DNA from: a virus
Direction: 5' to 3' (one strand)
IMG/VR virus record: IMGVR_UViG_3300030060_005695
DNA: 64,000 bases
The position numbers and the translations under genes were made by a program. This document shows positions 9,913 through 19,197 of this stretch, one piece after another (the stretch's first letter is position 1; each line of letters opens with the position of its first letter). The notes below the pieces were generated by a model, which was not told the origin of the DNA, did not search any database, and worked only from the letters and a program-made list of their open reading frames with translations.

Positions 9913-11646
9913 TTACAAACCACTTAAAATTTCACCTAAAATATCTTCTTCATTAATGTTATCACCCATAACAGTGTCTATAACTGATTTCTTTTTATTT
10001 ACTAATTCATAGATAGTTCTTTCTATAGTATTGTCATAAATAGGGTACATACAAGATACTTTTTTATCTTGTCCTATTCTAAATGCACGGTCTTCACATT
10101 GAGACATATCTGAGGGTACAAAAGATAAGTCATTAAATATTACTACTTCAGCAGCTGTTAGTGTGATTCCTACTCCTGCTGCTTTTACATTACCTATAAA
10201 AACTTTTACTTTTTCGTCATTCTGAAATCTATCTACACTTTCTTGCCTATCTTCTTTCTTCATTGTACCATTAAGAATTACAGATTCTTTTTTATATTTT
10301 TCATGTAAAGTCATTAAAGGTTCTGTAAAATTAGTAAATACAATAACTTTTTTATCTTGTTGTAAACACTGTTCTATTAGTTGGATTGTCTCCTTAACTT
10401 TTTCTAAAGCTATGATTTGTCTAACCTTCATCAACTTTGAAAGTTGTATGGATAGTCCCTTATTCCTATTTTGTCTCCTCCAGTCAAGATAATCACCCAT
10501 TTCGTCTTCATATGTTTTAGATTTTAGTTCCATATGAATAGGGGTTATAATCTTATCGGGTAAATCTAACACATCTTCTTTTAATCTACGTAAAACTTTA
10601 TCGTTAGTTTTATCACGTAACTCCTCTAAATTAGTAGCACCAAAAGTCAACCATATTTTCCTATACCCCCTAAAAATTTGTTTACCGTCACAATACCTCC
10701 TAACATAATTAATCCAATTATTTGCAACTCTTGACCCAACCAACTTTAACAGGTTATAGTAATTCATAGGTCTCGATGTCATAGGGGTACCAGATAATAA
10801 CCACAATCTATCTATTCTAGAAGTTAAGTTGTTAACCAATTTAGTTCTTTGAGCTTTTCCATTAGACACATAGTGTGCTTCGTCTATGATAACCAAGTCA
10901 AACCTAGAATCTAAAATTTGTTTTTTCTTATCTTTGTCTTTGGGTAGGGAGTGGAAGTTTTTAAGTATATCGTAATTAATAATTATGTATTTACCATCTA
11001 CCCATTTCTTACCTTCTACTATACCCACCGTTTCGTCAGTGTAGTTTTCTATTTCTCTCTTCCAATTAACCTTTAAAGATGCAGGACAAATAATTAATAT
11101 TTTTTTTGCCTTACAACTTATACTAGCCATAATAGCAGAACTAGTTTTACCTAAACCCATATCGTCTGCTAGGATATATTTTTTATTTGACACTAATTTA
11201 GTTATAGCTATTTTTTGGTGTTCAAATGGTGGACGATGGGAAAACTCACCAAAATCAACCTTAACATCAGGATTAGCTCTAGGAATAATTTGATTTTTAG
11301 GAACCCAAAAAGAATTAAGTATATCCGAATCAATCACCTTACCCCAAACATGGTAAGCTTTTTCTGTCTCACTAAGTAACTTCTCAATCCAAATAGATTT
11401 GGGTGGAGATTGTAAAAATTTGGTTGACATGTATTCTTTAGCTAAATAATCATCTATCTCCATCCATAACCTCACAACCTTAGGTTTTTCACTATAATTT
11501 TTATTAATGTAGTCCGCTTGTGAACGTGTTAATGTAAATGTTTTACTATTAAGCATATTATTTCTGAGGCCTATAATATAGTTATTGGCCCCACTATAAT
11601 CAGCTAATAAATTCTTAGCTTTAATTTCTGGTGGGAAATTTTCCAT
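9913..11646 (-). CDS. SNF2-family (SMARCAL1/HARP-like) helicase/translocase
   Basis: LADDMGLGKT, CPASL, DEAH, SGTP, QCEDRAFRIGQ motifs. Confidence 0.9.
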   Translation of the reverse strand: MENFPPEIKAKNLLADYSGANNYIIGLRNNMLNSKTFTLTRSQADYINKNYSEKPKVVRLWMEIDDYLAKEYMSTKFLQSPPKSIWIEKLLSETEKAYHVWGKVIDSDILNSFWVPKNQIIPRANPDVKVDFGEFSHRPPFEHQKIAITKLVSNKKYILADDMGLGKTSSAIMASISCKAKKILIICPASLKVNWKREIENYTDETVGIVEGKKWVDGKYIIINYDILKNFHSLPKDKDKKKQILDSRFDLVIIDEAHYVSNGKAQRTKLVNNLTSRIDRLWLLSGTPMTSRPMNYYNLLKLVGSRVANNWINYVRRYCDGKQIFRGYRKIWLTFGATNLEELRDKTNDKVLRRLKEDVLDLPDKIITPIHMELKSKTYEDEMGDYLDWRRQNRNKGLSIQLSKLMKVRQIIALEKVKETIQLIEQCLQQDKKVIVFTNFTEPLMTLHEKYKKESVILNGTMKKEDRQESVDRFQNDEKVKVFIGNVKAAGVGITLTAAEVVIFNDLSFVPSDMSQCEDRAFRIGQDKKVSCMYPIYDNTIERTIYELVNKKKSVIDTVMGDNINEEDILGEILSGL

Positions 11647-11650
11647 ATTA

Positions 11651-11682
11651 AAAATATAATAAAAAGAGAAAAGAAAGACAAA
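11651..11682 (-). promoter_or_regulatory. Bacteroidota-type promoter variant (TTTG-N20-TATATTTT)
   Basis: Same 20-nt spacing as the other host-type promoters; one mismatch in the -7 element. Confidence 0.45.
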
Positions 11683-11710
11683 TTGTATTTATAATAAAAG
11701 GACATATTAT

Positions 11711-12226
11711 ATGGCAAATAAAAAAATACCTATTACAAGGATATCCAGATTTTTTAGTTCTGAAGATTTTCAGTTAGAACAGAACGTAGGTATGGAGTGG
11801 TTACACGGTGACATGCATTTTACTTTGGTTTTATTTAGGGTGGATGCTAGACTTTCAGATGTAGACGATGTTTATGGTGAATCTGGTCCAGAAGAAATTA
11901 GATATAAAGCACCGGTAGAGTTTAATGCTTATGTTAAAATAGATGAACCAAAACTTGATAGTTATGCTAATGGTTTAGTTAAGGATTTAGAGCCTGGAAA
12001 TATGACACTAGGTGTTTATATAAAACATTTAAATGAACTAAATATAGATATTAATTATGGTGACTATATAGGTTATCCTGAAACTGAAAATAAAATGAGA
12101 TATTATACGGTAACAAATGATGGTAGAGTAACATCTGATAATAAACACACTATAGGTGGGTATAAGGCTTTTTATAGAACTGTTACATGTTCTTATGTGA
12201 GTCCTAATGAATTTAAAGGAGTATAA
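11711..12226 (+). CDS. Head-closure/neck protein (T4 gp14-like)
   Basis: Position next to tail terminator and sheath; DDVYGE and GDYIGY motifs typical of head-closure beta-barrels; TATTTATA at 11686-11693. Confidence 0.55.
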   Translation: MANKKIPITRISRFFSSEDFQLEQNVGMEWLHGDMHFTLVLFRVDARLSDVDDVYGESGPEEIRYKAPVEFNAYVKIDEPKLDSYANGLVKDLEPGNMTLGVYIKHLNELNIDINYGDYIGYPETENKMRYYTVTNDGRVTSDNKHTIGGYKAFYRTVTCSYVSPNEFKGV

Positions 12227-13302
12227 TGGCATTACCAAAAAAAGTAAAAAAGAGTTTGAATATATCTCCGGGACCAATCCAGGGACACTATCCTACTGGG
12301 TACAATGGTATAACCACACCTAATAGAAGAAAAGAACTAGCAAATCTAATAACTGAAGATGGGACTTACCTACCAAAATCTGTTTTACATGCAGATATGG
12401 ATAGAGGTATGTTAGATTTTGTAGAAGAACAACTAAAAACTGTAAGTAGTGGTAAAAAAATTAATGTTATAGATAGAATTCTTACGTTACAAAGATGGGG
12501 GGAGTTGGCACAAACATGGAAATTTTCTACAAAAGACAAAAACGTAGAACTTCCTTTTATTGTGGTTGTTAGAAATCCAGAAGTACAGTACGGAACCAAC
12601 CCAGCACTACAATATACAATACCAGATAGAAAACAATTTCATTATGCAAAGGTCCCAACATGGGATGGAAATAGAAAAGGATACGACATATATACAATAC
12701 CTCAACCAGTTCCTGTTGACATAACTTATGATGTTAAAATTATTTGTAATAGGATGAGAGAGTTAAATAATTTTAATAGGGTTGTACTACAAAAGTTTAC
12801 GTCTAGACAGGCTTATACATTTGTAAAAGGACATTATATTCCTATAGTAATGAATTCTATAGGTGACGAGAGTAAAATAGATACAGAAGAAAGAAGATAT
12901 TACCAACAAAACTACCAGTTTCAACTTCAAGGATTTTTATTAGACGAGGAAGAGTTTGAGGTTAAACCGGCTATTAGTCGTGAGTTGGTAATGTTTGGGT
13001 TTGACTCCAAAGAAAGACAAAAAGAACCAAAAGGAACTCCAAAAAATCCAGATAAAATAAATACTAAGTTAACTTTTGACGCTGGTAATGATGAGTTAGT
13101 ACTTAACTACGACTATAAAGTTAATATTTCAGCTTTAAGAATTAAGAATGTTATTGCTTACGAATTTTATATAAATGATGTACAGCATAACATTAATGAG
13201 GTGTTAATGATAAATCCTGGTGATAAGTTGACAATTTGGGTTGATAAGGATAATAGTAATGCACCCGCTACCTTAACATTACAAGAGAAATTAATATACT
13301 AA
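12226..13302 (+). CDS. Tail terminator/sheath stabiliser (T4 gp15-like)
   Basis: LPFIVVVR...PQPVPVDITYDVKII...ELNNF pattern; synteny with neck and sheath genes. Confidence 0.6.
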   Translation: MALPKKVKKSLNISPGPIQGHYPTGYNGITTPNRRKELANLITEDGTYLPKSVLHADMDRGMLDFVEEQLKTVSSGKKINVIDRILTLQRWGELAQTWKFSTKDKNVELPFIVVVRNPEVQYGTNPALQYTIPDRKQFHYAKVPTWDGNRKGYDIYTIPQPVPVDITYDVKIICNRMRELNNFNRVVLQKFTSRQAYTFVKGHYIPIVMNSIGDESKIDTEERRYYQQNYQFQLQGFLLDEEEFEVKPAISRELVMFGFDSKERQKEPKGTPKNPDKINTKLTFDAGNDELVLNYDYKVNISALRIKNVIAYEFYINDVQHNINEVLMINPGDKLTIWVDKDNSNAPATLTLQEKLIY

Positions 13303-13470
13303 TTATTCCCCGTAAATATCTCTTTTAGATTTACAATTTATCCTTATCAGCTGTTCGACAAAAGCAAACATCTTAAGTCCGTTTTTCTTACAGTACTCTT
13401 TTAGGGTAAAATGAACCTCTTCACTTATCTTTAAATTTTTTATTTTTGGTTTTTTGTCTTTATTGGCCAT
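13303..13470 (-). CDS. Ribbon-helix-helix DNA-binding protein (55 aa, absent from ORF track)
   Basis: Manual translation MANKDKKPKIKNLKISEEVHFTLKEYCKKNGLKMFAFVEQLIRINCKSKRDIYGE; strand-helix-G-helix pattern of CopG/Arc/MetJ proteins. Confidence 0.7.
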   Translation of the reverse strand: MANKDKKPKIKNLKISEEVHFTLKEYCKKNGLKMFAFVEQLIRINCKSKRDIYGE

Positions 13471-13502
13471 TATAGAGGATATTTTTGCTATAACTACTAT
13501 AT

Positions 13503-13523
13503 AGTATGAAAAAAGTATGAAAA
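13503..13523 (+). repeat. Direct repeat AGTATGAAAA x2 at 11-bp period, candidate operator
   Basis: Copies at 13503-13512 and 13514-13523, between the divergent RHH and sheath genes. Confidence 0.5.
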
Positions 13524-13626
13524 TTTACCTACTAAGGGGGAAATATAGTGATTTACTACGTAACTTTTGATAATACCCCTTGTATTTATAATAAAGAAAA
13601 TAAAATATTTTAAAAATTATAAAAAC

Positions 13627-16600
13627 ATGGCAGACGGTAATAAGGTATTTGTTTCTCCAGGGGTATATACTTCTGAGAAAGATTTAACATTTGTAGCACA
13701 AAGTGTAGGTGTTACGACATTAGGTGTGGTTGGTGAAACTTTAAAGGGACCAGCTTTTGAACCTATTTTTATACAATCGTATGATGACTTTACAACAAGG
13801 TTTGGTGGTACGTCACCAACAACATACGTGGATTCACAGATTCCTAAATATGAGTTAGGATATATAGCTAAGTCTTACTTAAGTCAATCAAATCAATTAT
13901 TTGTGACTAGAGTATTAGGTCTTAGTGGTTATGATGCGGGACCATCATTTAGTGTATTAACTTTAGGGGAATTAGACCCTAAAAGTTTTAGAGCTAGTGG
14001 TGTTTCTGGTAGTAGTGTAGCTTCTTCTACAACATCAGCTTCTATGACTTTCGTAGTCCCACTAACCGGTACTAACACTACTGTGGGTGAAACTGCATTC
14101 ATCAACTCTGCTATGAACAGTGACTTCTTTACACAAGTTCCAGGTGTGGTATTAAATCACTTTAGAAAATCTGATACTGATACCGATTTAGGTGAAACAG
14201 TAACATTAACGAACGGAACTACACTACCAACGTTAAAACAATCATTCCTTGATTTCTTCTCTGCCAGTTTATCAGTTAAAACAGCAGCCAATACTTTATG
14301 TTTTACAGGTACGTCAATGTCATCTTCTACTGTATCTGCAACAACTGCTTGGCCATGTCCAATAGTTTATCAATATGGTTGTATACCGAGTGCAACAACT
14401 AATACAGCTACAGCAGCAACTTTCACTTCATTATCAGCTAATTCATCAGCAGTAACGGTAACTAACGTCTTGGGTAGTGAATGTAGTGATTGGGAATCAT
14501 ACAAAAATGATGCTTGGTACTACGCTTTATTTGATAATGATAATAGTACTACTTGTTGTACAGGTTCTACATATAGTGGTGTTTCATACCAGATATATGT
14601 TAGTGGTACACCGGCAACAACAGCAACAACTTATACAGCAGCAACAGGAACAACAACAGCTGGTACAGTAGTATATTCTGGTACAGTATATATGGACTAC
14701 GTTAGTTATACAAATTTATCAGCTGAAACAGAATATGATGGTATGGTAGTATTAACTTTAAGGTCTAGAGGATTAAGTGATAAAGCCTCGGGTGGTCCAG
14801 TATATTCTATTAGTGCAAATACTGTTAACATGCAGTGTACTGGAGATTATTATAAAGTTATGGAAAATCCATTCGCTTCGTTTGGTATAAGTGCTGGAAC
14901 TGTTAATGGTACATCTTATACATTTAAAACTTCTATGAGTAATACCTCACAAGACTACGTTTCTAGAGTATTTGGTAGAAGTCCTTTTGATAAGAAAAAA
15001 GAAGAAGTTCCTTTATTCGTAGAGGAAACTTATCCAGCTTTGTTAACAGATGCTTGGAAAAAAGGAAAAGTAAGAGGGTTACAGTGTTGTTTACAATACT
15101 TACCTTCCGCGAGAAATACAACAAACACAAATACTATAGCTTGGTACATGCACCAATGGACAACACCTGAAACACCATGGATTGTTTCTGAGTTACAAGG
15201 TACTGATGTATATAGATTATTTAAATTTGTTTCTATATCGGATGGTACAGCAGCAAACAAAGAAATTAAAATTTCATTGATTAATATGTCGTTTGAGAGA
15301 GGTGAGTTCGATATTCTAGTAAGAGATTTCTATGATACAGATGCCAATCCAAATGTACTTGAAAAGTATACAAGATGTAGTTTAGACCCAACAAAAGTCT
15401 CTTTTATTGGTAGAAAAATAGGTACATCTACGGGTGAGTTTGAATTAAAGTCTAAGTACACTATGTTGTATTTAGGTGAAGGTTTATTAGATGGAACATT
15501 TGCTAATTCAGTACCAGCAGGATTTGAGGGGTATAGATTTAGAGCTTATGGAACATGTCCTACAAACCCTAAATTAGTTTATAAAACAAAATACTACAAA
15601 CCAGGTGAAACAATTTTTGACCCACCTTTCGGTAGTGGTACAGTAAATAATCAAACAGTTAGTGGTGGTGATAAGGTAAGTAAAGTTTATCTCGGGGTAT
15701 CTAACAGTGCTGGAGCAGCTTACGACCCAGATTTCTTTAATTACAAAGGAAAACAAGTACCGACTACATTATGTACAGCAGCGGACGGTGGTGATTGGAA
15801 TGTGATAACAAAAGGATTCCACATGGATTCTGGAGCTACTGTAGTGATTGGTGGTAGTGGAGCTTACACTGACTGGACAGGAACAACATTAAATGGTTTA
15901 CCAGTATTTGATTGTGGAGCAGGTCAGTTTAACACTGAACCAACTTTAAGTACTGAACCATATAAAAAACTTAGAAGTCGTAAGTTTACTGTCGCACCAC
16001 ATGGTGGTTTCGATGGTTGGGATATTTACAGAAAAACTAGGTCTAATAGTGATGACTACAGAATGGGCTTAAGTGGATTCTTAGCTGGAGCATGTACTAG
16101 TAGTGATTTCCCATTAGGTACAGGACTGGGGACATTCAAGAAACTAAGTTCTGTAGAGGCAAATACAGATTATTTTGCATTCTTAAGAGGTATAGAAACA
16201 TTTAATAACCCAGAATCGGTAGATATTAATGTGTTTACAACACCAGGTCTAGATTATGTAGATAACTTAGGTTTAGTAAATGAAGCTATAGATATGGTAG
16301 AAACACAAAGAGCTGACTCTTTATATGTTGTAACAACACCAGACTATAATATGTTTGTAGCTGACACAACAGACACAACAAACCAAGTTACACCAGAAGA
16401 AGCTGTAGATAATTTAGAAGATTCATTAATCGATTCTAACTACACAGCTACTTACTATCCTTGGATACAAGTAAGAGACACAGCCAACAATAAACAAATT
16501 TATATCCCACCAACAGCAGAGGTAATGAGAAATATCGCATTAACAGACAATATTTCATTCCCATGGTTCGCTTCGGCAGGATATACAAGAGGTTTAGTTG

Positions 16601-17055
16601 ACGCGGTTAAAGCGAGAAAGAAACTGACTTTAGATGAAAGAGACACATTATATGTGGGTAGACTTAACCCTATCGCGACATTCAGTGATGTGGGCCCAAT
16701 TATCTGGGGTAATAAAACTTTACAGATTAGAGAATCTGCTTTAGATAGAATTAATGTTAGAAGATTACTATTACAAACTAGAAAATTAATTTCGGCTGTT
16801 TCAGTAAGATTAATATTTGAACAAAATGATGACATAGTAAGACAACAATTCTTAGACCTAGTTAACCCAATTCTAGACTCTATAAGAAGAGATAGAGGTT
16901 TAACAGACTTTAGAGTGGTACTTTCTAATGACCCTGAAGAAATAGATAGAAATGAAATGAATGGTAAGATTTATATTAAACCTACCAGAGCGTTAGAATA
17001 TATATTTGTTGAGTTCTTAATAACTCCTACAGGGGCGTCTTTTGAAGATATATAA
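13627..17055 (+). CDS. Contractile tail sheath protein (T4 gp18-like) with large S/T-rich insertions
   Basis: N-terminal FVSPGVYTSEKDLT; C-terminal YYPW, WFASAGYTRG, IWGNKTL, RINVRRLL, IKPTRALEYI. Start moved to ATG 13627, downstream of TATTTATA at 13583-13590. Confidence 0.95.
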   Translation: MADGNKVFVSPGVYTSEKDLTFVAQSVGVTTLGVVGETLKGPAFEPIFIQSYDDFTTRFGGTSPTTYVDSQIPKYELGYIAKSYLSQSNQLFVTRVLGLSGYDAGPSFSVLTLGELDPKSFRASGVSGSSVASSTTSASMTFVVPLTGTNTTVGETAFINSAMNSDFFTQVPGVVLNHFRKSDTDTDLGETVTLTNGTTLPTLKQSFLDFFSASLSVKTAANTLCFTGTSMSSSTVSATTAWPCPIVYQYGCIPSATTNTATAATFTSLSANSSAVTVTNVLGSECSDWESYKNDAWYYALFDNDNSTTCCTGSTYSGVSYQIYVSGTPATTATTYTAATGTTTAGTVVYSGTVYMDYVSYTNLSAETEYDGMVVLTLRSRGLSDKASGGPVYSISANTVNMQCTGDYYKVMENPFASFGISAGTVNGTSYTFKTSMSNTSQDYVSRVFGRSPFDKKKEEVPLFVEETYPALLTDAWKKGKVRGLQCCLQYLPSARNTTNTNTIAWYMHQWTTPETPWIVSELQGTDVYRLFKFVSISDGTAANKEIKISLINMSFERGEFDILVRDFYDTDANPNVLEKYTRCSLDPTKVSFIGRKIGTSTGEFELKSKYTMLYLGEGLLDGTFANSVPAGFEGYRFRAYGTCPTNPKLVYKTKYYKPGETIFDPPFGSGTVNNQTVSGGDKVSKVYLGVSNSAGAAYDPDFFNYKGKQVPTTLCTAADGGDWNVITKGFHMDSGATVVIGGSGAYTDWTGTTLNGLPVFDCGAGQFNTEPTLSTEPYKKLRSRKFTVAPHGGFDGWDIYRKTRSNSDDYRMGLSGFLAGACTSSDFPLGTGLGTFKKLSSVEANTDYFAFLRGIETFNNPESVDINVFTTPGLDYVDNLGLVNEAIDMVETQRADSLYVVTTPDYNMFVADTTDTTNQVTPEEAVDNLEDSLIDSNYTATYYPWIQVRDTANNKQIYIPPTAEVMRNIALTDNISFPWFASAGYTRGLVDAVKARKKLTLDERDTLYVGRLNPIATFSDVGPIIWGNKTLQIRESALDRINVRRLLLQTRKLISAVSVRLIFEQNDDIVRQQFLDLVNPILDSIRRDRGLTDFRVVLSNDPEEIDRNEMNGKIYIKPTRALEYIFVEFLITPTGASFEDI

Positions 17056-17076
17056 TATTTATAACAAAACAGAGAT

Positions 17077-17835
17077 ATGAAATTTAGTAAAAAAACATTA
17101 AACGAAAGTCTAAAACAGCCTAAAACTAATAAAAAAGTTTTTACGGAAGGTAAGAGACAGGATGTTATTTTGAGTGAAGAACAATTAGATAGGTTGTTAA
17201 TGAGGTTAGAAGAATCAAAACAAAATTCTATTAATCAAATTATTAAAGAATGTCACCAGTTAATTAGAGAATCCATCAAAAACGAAAATTTAGATTTAAG
17301 TGTTGAAGATTATTCTTATGATTTATTAGGAGAAGGGTTTGATACTGGTGGATATAATCGTGGTGTAGCTGCTGCTAATGGTATTGAGAATATTATTAAT
17401 GGTGTTAAGAAAGCTTATGACATGATTAAAGATAGTGATACTAGAAAAAGATTGGCTAACTCTATTACTAAATTAGGTAATTTTATGACTATTACAGCTG
17501 ACGCAATTGCATCTGGTAGAGACCAAAGAGCAATGGCAGACCCTGAGTCACTAAAAGACCCACTTCCTTACCCAGAATTAGATGAAGGTTATGATGGACA
17601 AGATGGTGATGTATATGAAATGGATGATATGGAAGAAGGACATCACGAAATGGATGAAGGCAAGAAAAAAGACCATGATGGTGATGGGGACATAGACTCT
17701 GACGATTATTTAATGGCTAGAGACAAAGCTATTAAGAAATCTATGAAAAATGAATCTGAAAAAGAAAAACAAAAATTAATCCAAGAGGATATAAAAAAGA
17801 TGAAACAAATAATAAAACCTATATCAAAAATCTAA
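17077..17835 (+). CDS. Acidic late protein with EF-hand-like loop, putative head-internal protein
   Basis: DHDGDGDIDSDD loop and several [LI]xES sites; TATTTATA at 17056-17063. Confidence 0.55.
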   Translation: MKFSKKTLNESLKQPKTNKKVFTEGKRQDVILSEEQLDRLLMRLEESKQNSINQIIKECHQLIRESIKNENLDLSVEDYSYDLLGEGFDTGGYNRGVAAANGIENIINGVKKAYDMIKDSDTRKRLANSITKLGNFMTITADAIASGRDQRAMADPESLKDPLPYPELDEGYDGQDGDVYEMDDMEEGHHEMDEGKKKDHDGDGDIDSDDYLMARDKAIKKSMKNESEKEKQKLIQEDIKKMKQIIKPISKI

Positions 17836-17839
17836 AAAT

Positions 17840-18238
17840 ATGAAAAAGATTAAATTAAAAGAGGCAGAATTAGTTAACTTAATAGAAAAATTAGTTAAAG
17901 AAAACCTCGGAGCTGGAAACGGACACAATTTCGGTATGATGGGAACACCAACCGCAAAATATAAAGAAATGTTTGAGACTGAAAATCTAGAAGAAGACAG
18001 TGAAGGTGAAGAAACTTATAACTATGGAGAGGATGAAGGACATGATAAAAAAGAAGAAATGTCTATGGAAGACCACGTTAAGGCTATTGAGGACCATTTA
18101 AGTTATTTAAAAAAGGATATGGGGTATGATGAAGACCGTGAAGACCGTGATGAAAAAGGTACTGACTTTATGGAATCTAGAAAACCAAAAAGAAGAATGG
18201 CAGAATCTAGAAAAGTAAAAAAGTCTAGAAGAAAATAA
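17840..18238 (+). CDS. Small late protein with acidic core and basic tail, putative head-internal protein
   Basis: N-terminal MKKIKLKEAELVNLIEKLVKE; C-terminal ESRKPKRRMAESRKVKKSRRK. Confidence 0.55.
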   Translation: MKKIKLKEAELVNLIEKLVKENLGAGNGHNFGMMGTPTAKYKEMFETENLEEDSEGEETYNYGEDEGHDKKEEMSMEDHVKAIEDHLSYLKKDMGYDEDREDRDEKGTDFMESRKPKRRMAESRKVKKSRRK

Positions 18239-18240
18239 TA

Positions 18241-18263
18241 AAAAAGGTCCGAAAGGACCTTTT
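18241..18263. terminator. Bidirectional Rho-independent terminator
   Basis: AAAAGGTCC-GAAA-GGACCTTTT (GNRA loop) between convergent genes. Confidence 0.8.
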
Positions 18264-18266
18264 ATT

Positions 18267-18503
18267 TTACTCAACTAACTTACCACCATTTAATAATATT
18301 AAAATTAATATCATAGGAGCCAATATAGGAGCTTTAAGTATGTGTGTGATAATGTAGAACACATACCATTTGTTTGTAGGTTTATCACCTCGTTTAGACT
18401 CAAACGATAGATAACCACTATAAATGTCTTTTTCGTTAATTAACAAAAATACAAACATTAGTATTTGTGACACAATTAGATAAGGTATAATATATTCTAA
18501 CAT
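18267..18503 (-). CDS. Small two-TM membrane protein
   Basis: 78 aa with two hydrophobic segments. Confidence 0.6.
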   Translation of the reverse strand: MLEYIIPYLIVSQILMFVFLLINEKDIYSGYLSFESKRGDKPTNKWYVFYIITHILKAPILAPMILILILLNGGKLVE

Positions 18504-18562
18504 AATTTTTATTTTAAAAGGGTTAAACTTCTATTAATATATACGATTTTTTTAACTATAAG

Positions 18563-19141
18563 TTACAGTTTTTTAAATCTTAGTTTTGAAAAATAGTAGT
18601 AGTTATATCCATAAATATTCTCATAAGTTTCTTGTACATAAATATTAATGACTTTATTCTCCATACTTACTACTTCATAGTGAATTGGTCTAGACGACCC
18701 ACCTAGTAATTGGTAATTACCAGAAACATCCTCAGTAACAGTTATATTGTTATTTGTTACATTTAAACCATAAGGATATATAGAATCTCCATCTATAGTG
18801 AAACTACCATTACCAGGAATATTTTCCGGAAAGTTAAAACACCAAGTCGTCTGATGTCTAGTAATATTCTCAAAAGAAAACAAAGATATCCCATCATAAC
18901 GTAAACTACTATTTAATCCACCATCAAATAAAAATATTTCGGTATTTTCTTCAGTATCTAAATTTTGTACATACATTGTACCACTTTTTAAAACCCAACA
19001 CCCCTCTAGGAAATTTTTTTCTACATAATCACCATTATTCTGTGTTGTTGGGTATGTAGTAGTACATGGTGGGTATATTGGTTCTTTAATACAAGAACTT
19101 AATAGTAGAAATAAAGATAATATTTTTATTAGATTTTTCAT
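18563..19141 (-). CDS. Lipoprotein, possibly lipocalin-like
   Basis: Signal MKNLIKILSLFLLLSS-C (lipobox); LEGCWVL resembles the lipocalin GxW motif. Confidence 0.7.
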   Translation of the reverse strand: MKNLIKILSLFLLLSSCIKEPIYPPCTTTYPTTQNNGDYVEKNFLEGCWVLKSGTMYVQNLDTEENTEIFLFDGGLNSSLRYDGISLFSFENITRHQTTWCFNFPENIPGNGSFTIDGDSIYPYGLNVTNNNITVTEDVSGNYQLLGGSSRPIHYEVVSMENKVINIYVQETYENIYGYNYYYFSKLRFKKL

Positions 19142-19145
19142 ACTA

Positions 19146-19177
19146 CAAAGATAATAAAAAAAGTCGATTAAACCAAA
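19146..19177 (-). promoter_or_regulatory. Bacteroidota-type promoter TTTG-N20-TATCTTTG
   Basis: Exact match to the -33/-7 consensus; only 4 nt from ATG 19141, implying a near-leaderless mRNA. Confidence 0.75.
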
Positions 19178-19197
19178 TTAATTTGTATTTATATTAT

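Noticed and set aside
13567-13626. Upstream TTG start of the sheath given by the ORF track (likewise 19183 and 34620)
   Set aside because: These extensions run through the TATTTATA motif and A-rich leader; downstream ATGs at 13627, 19198 and 34668 fit better.
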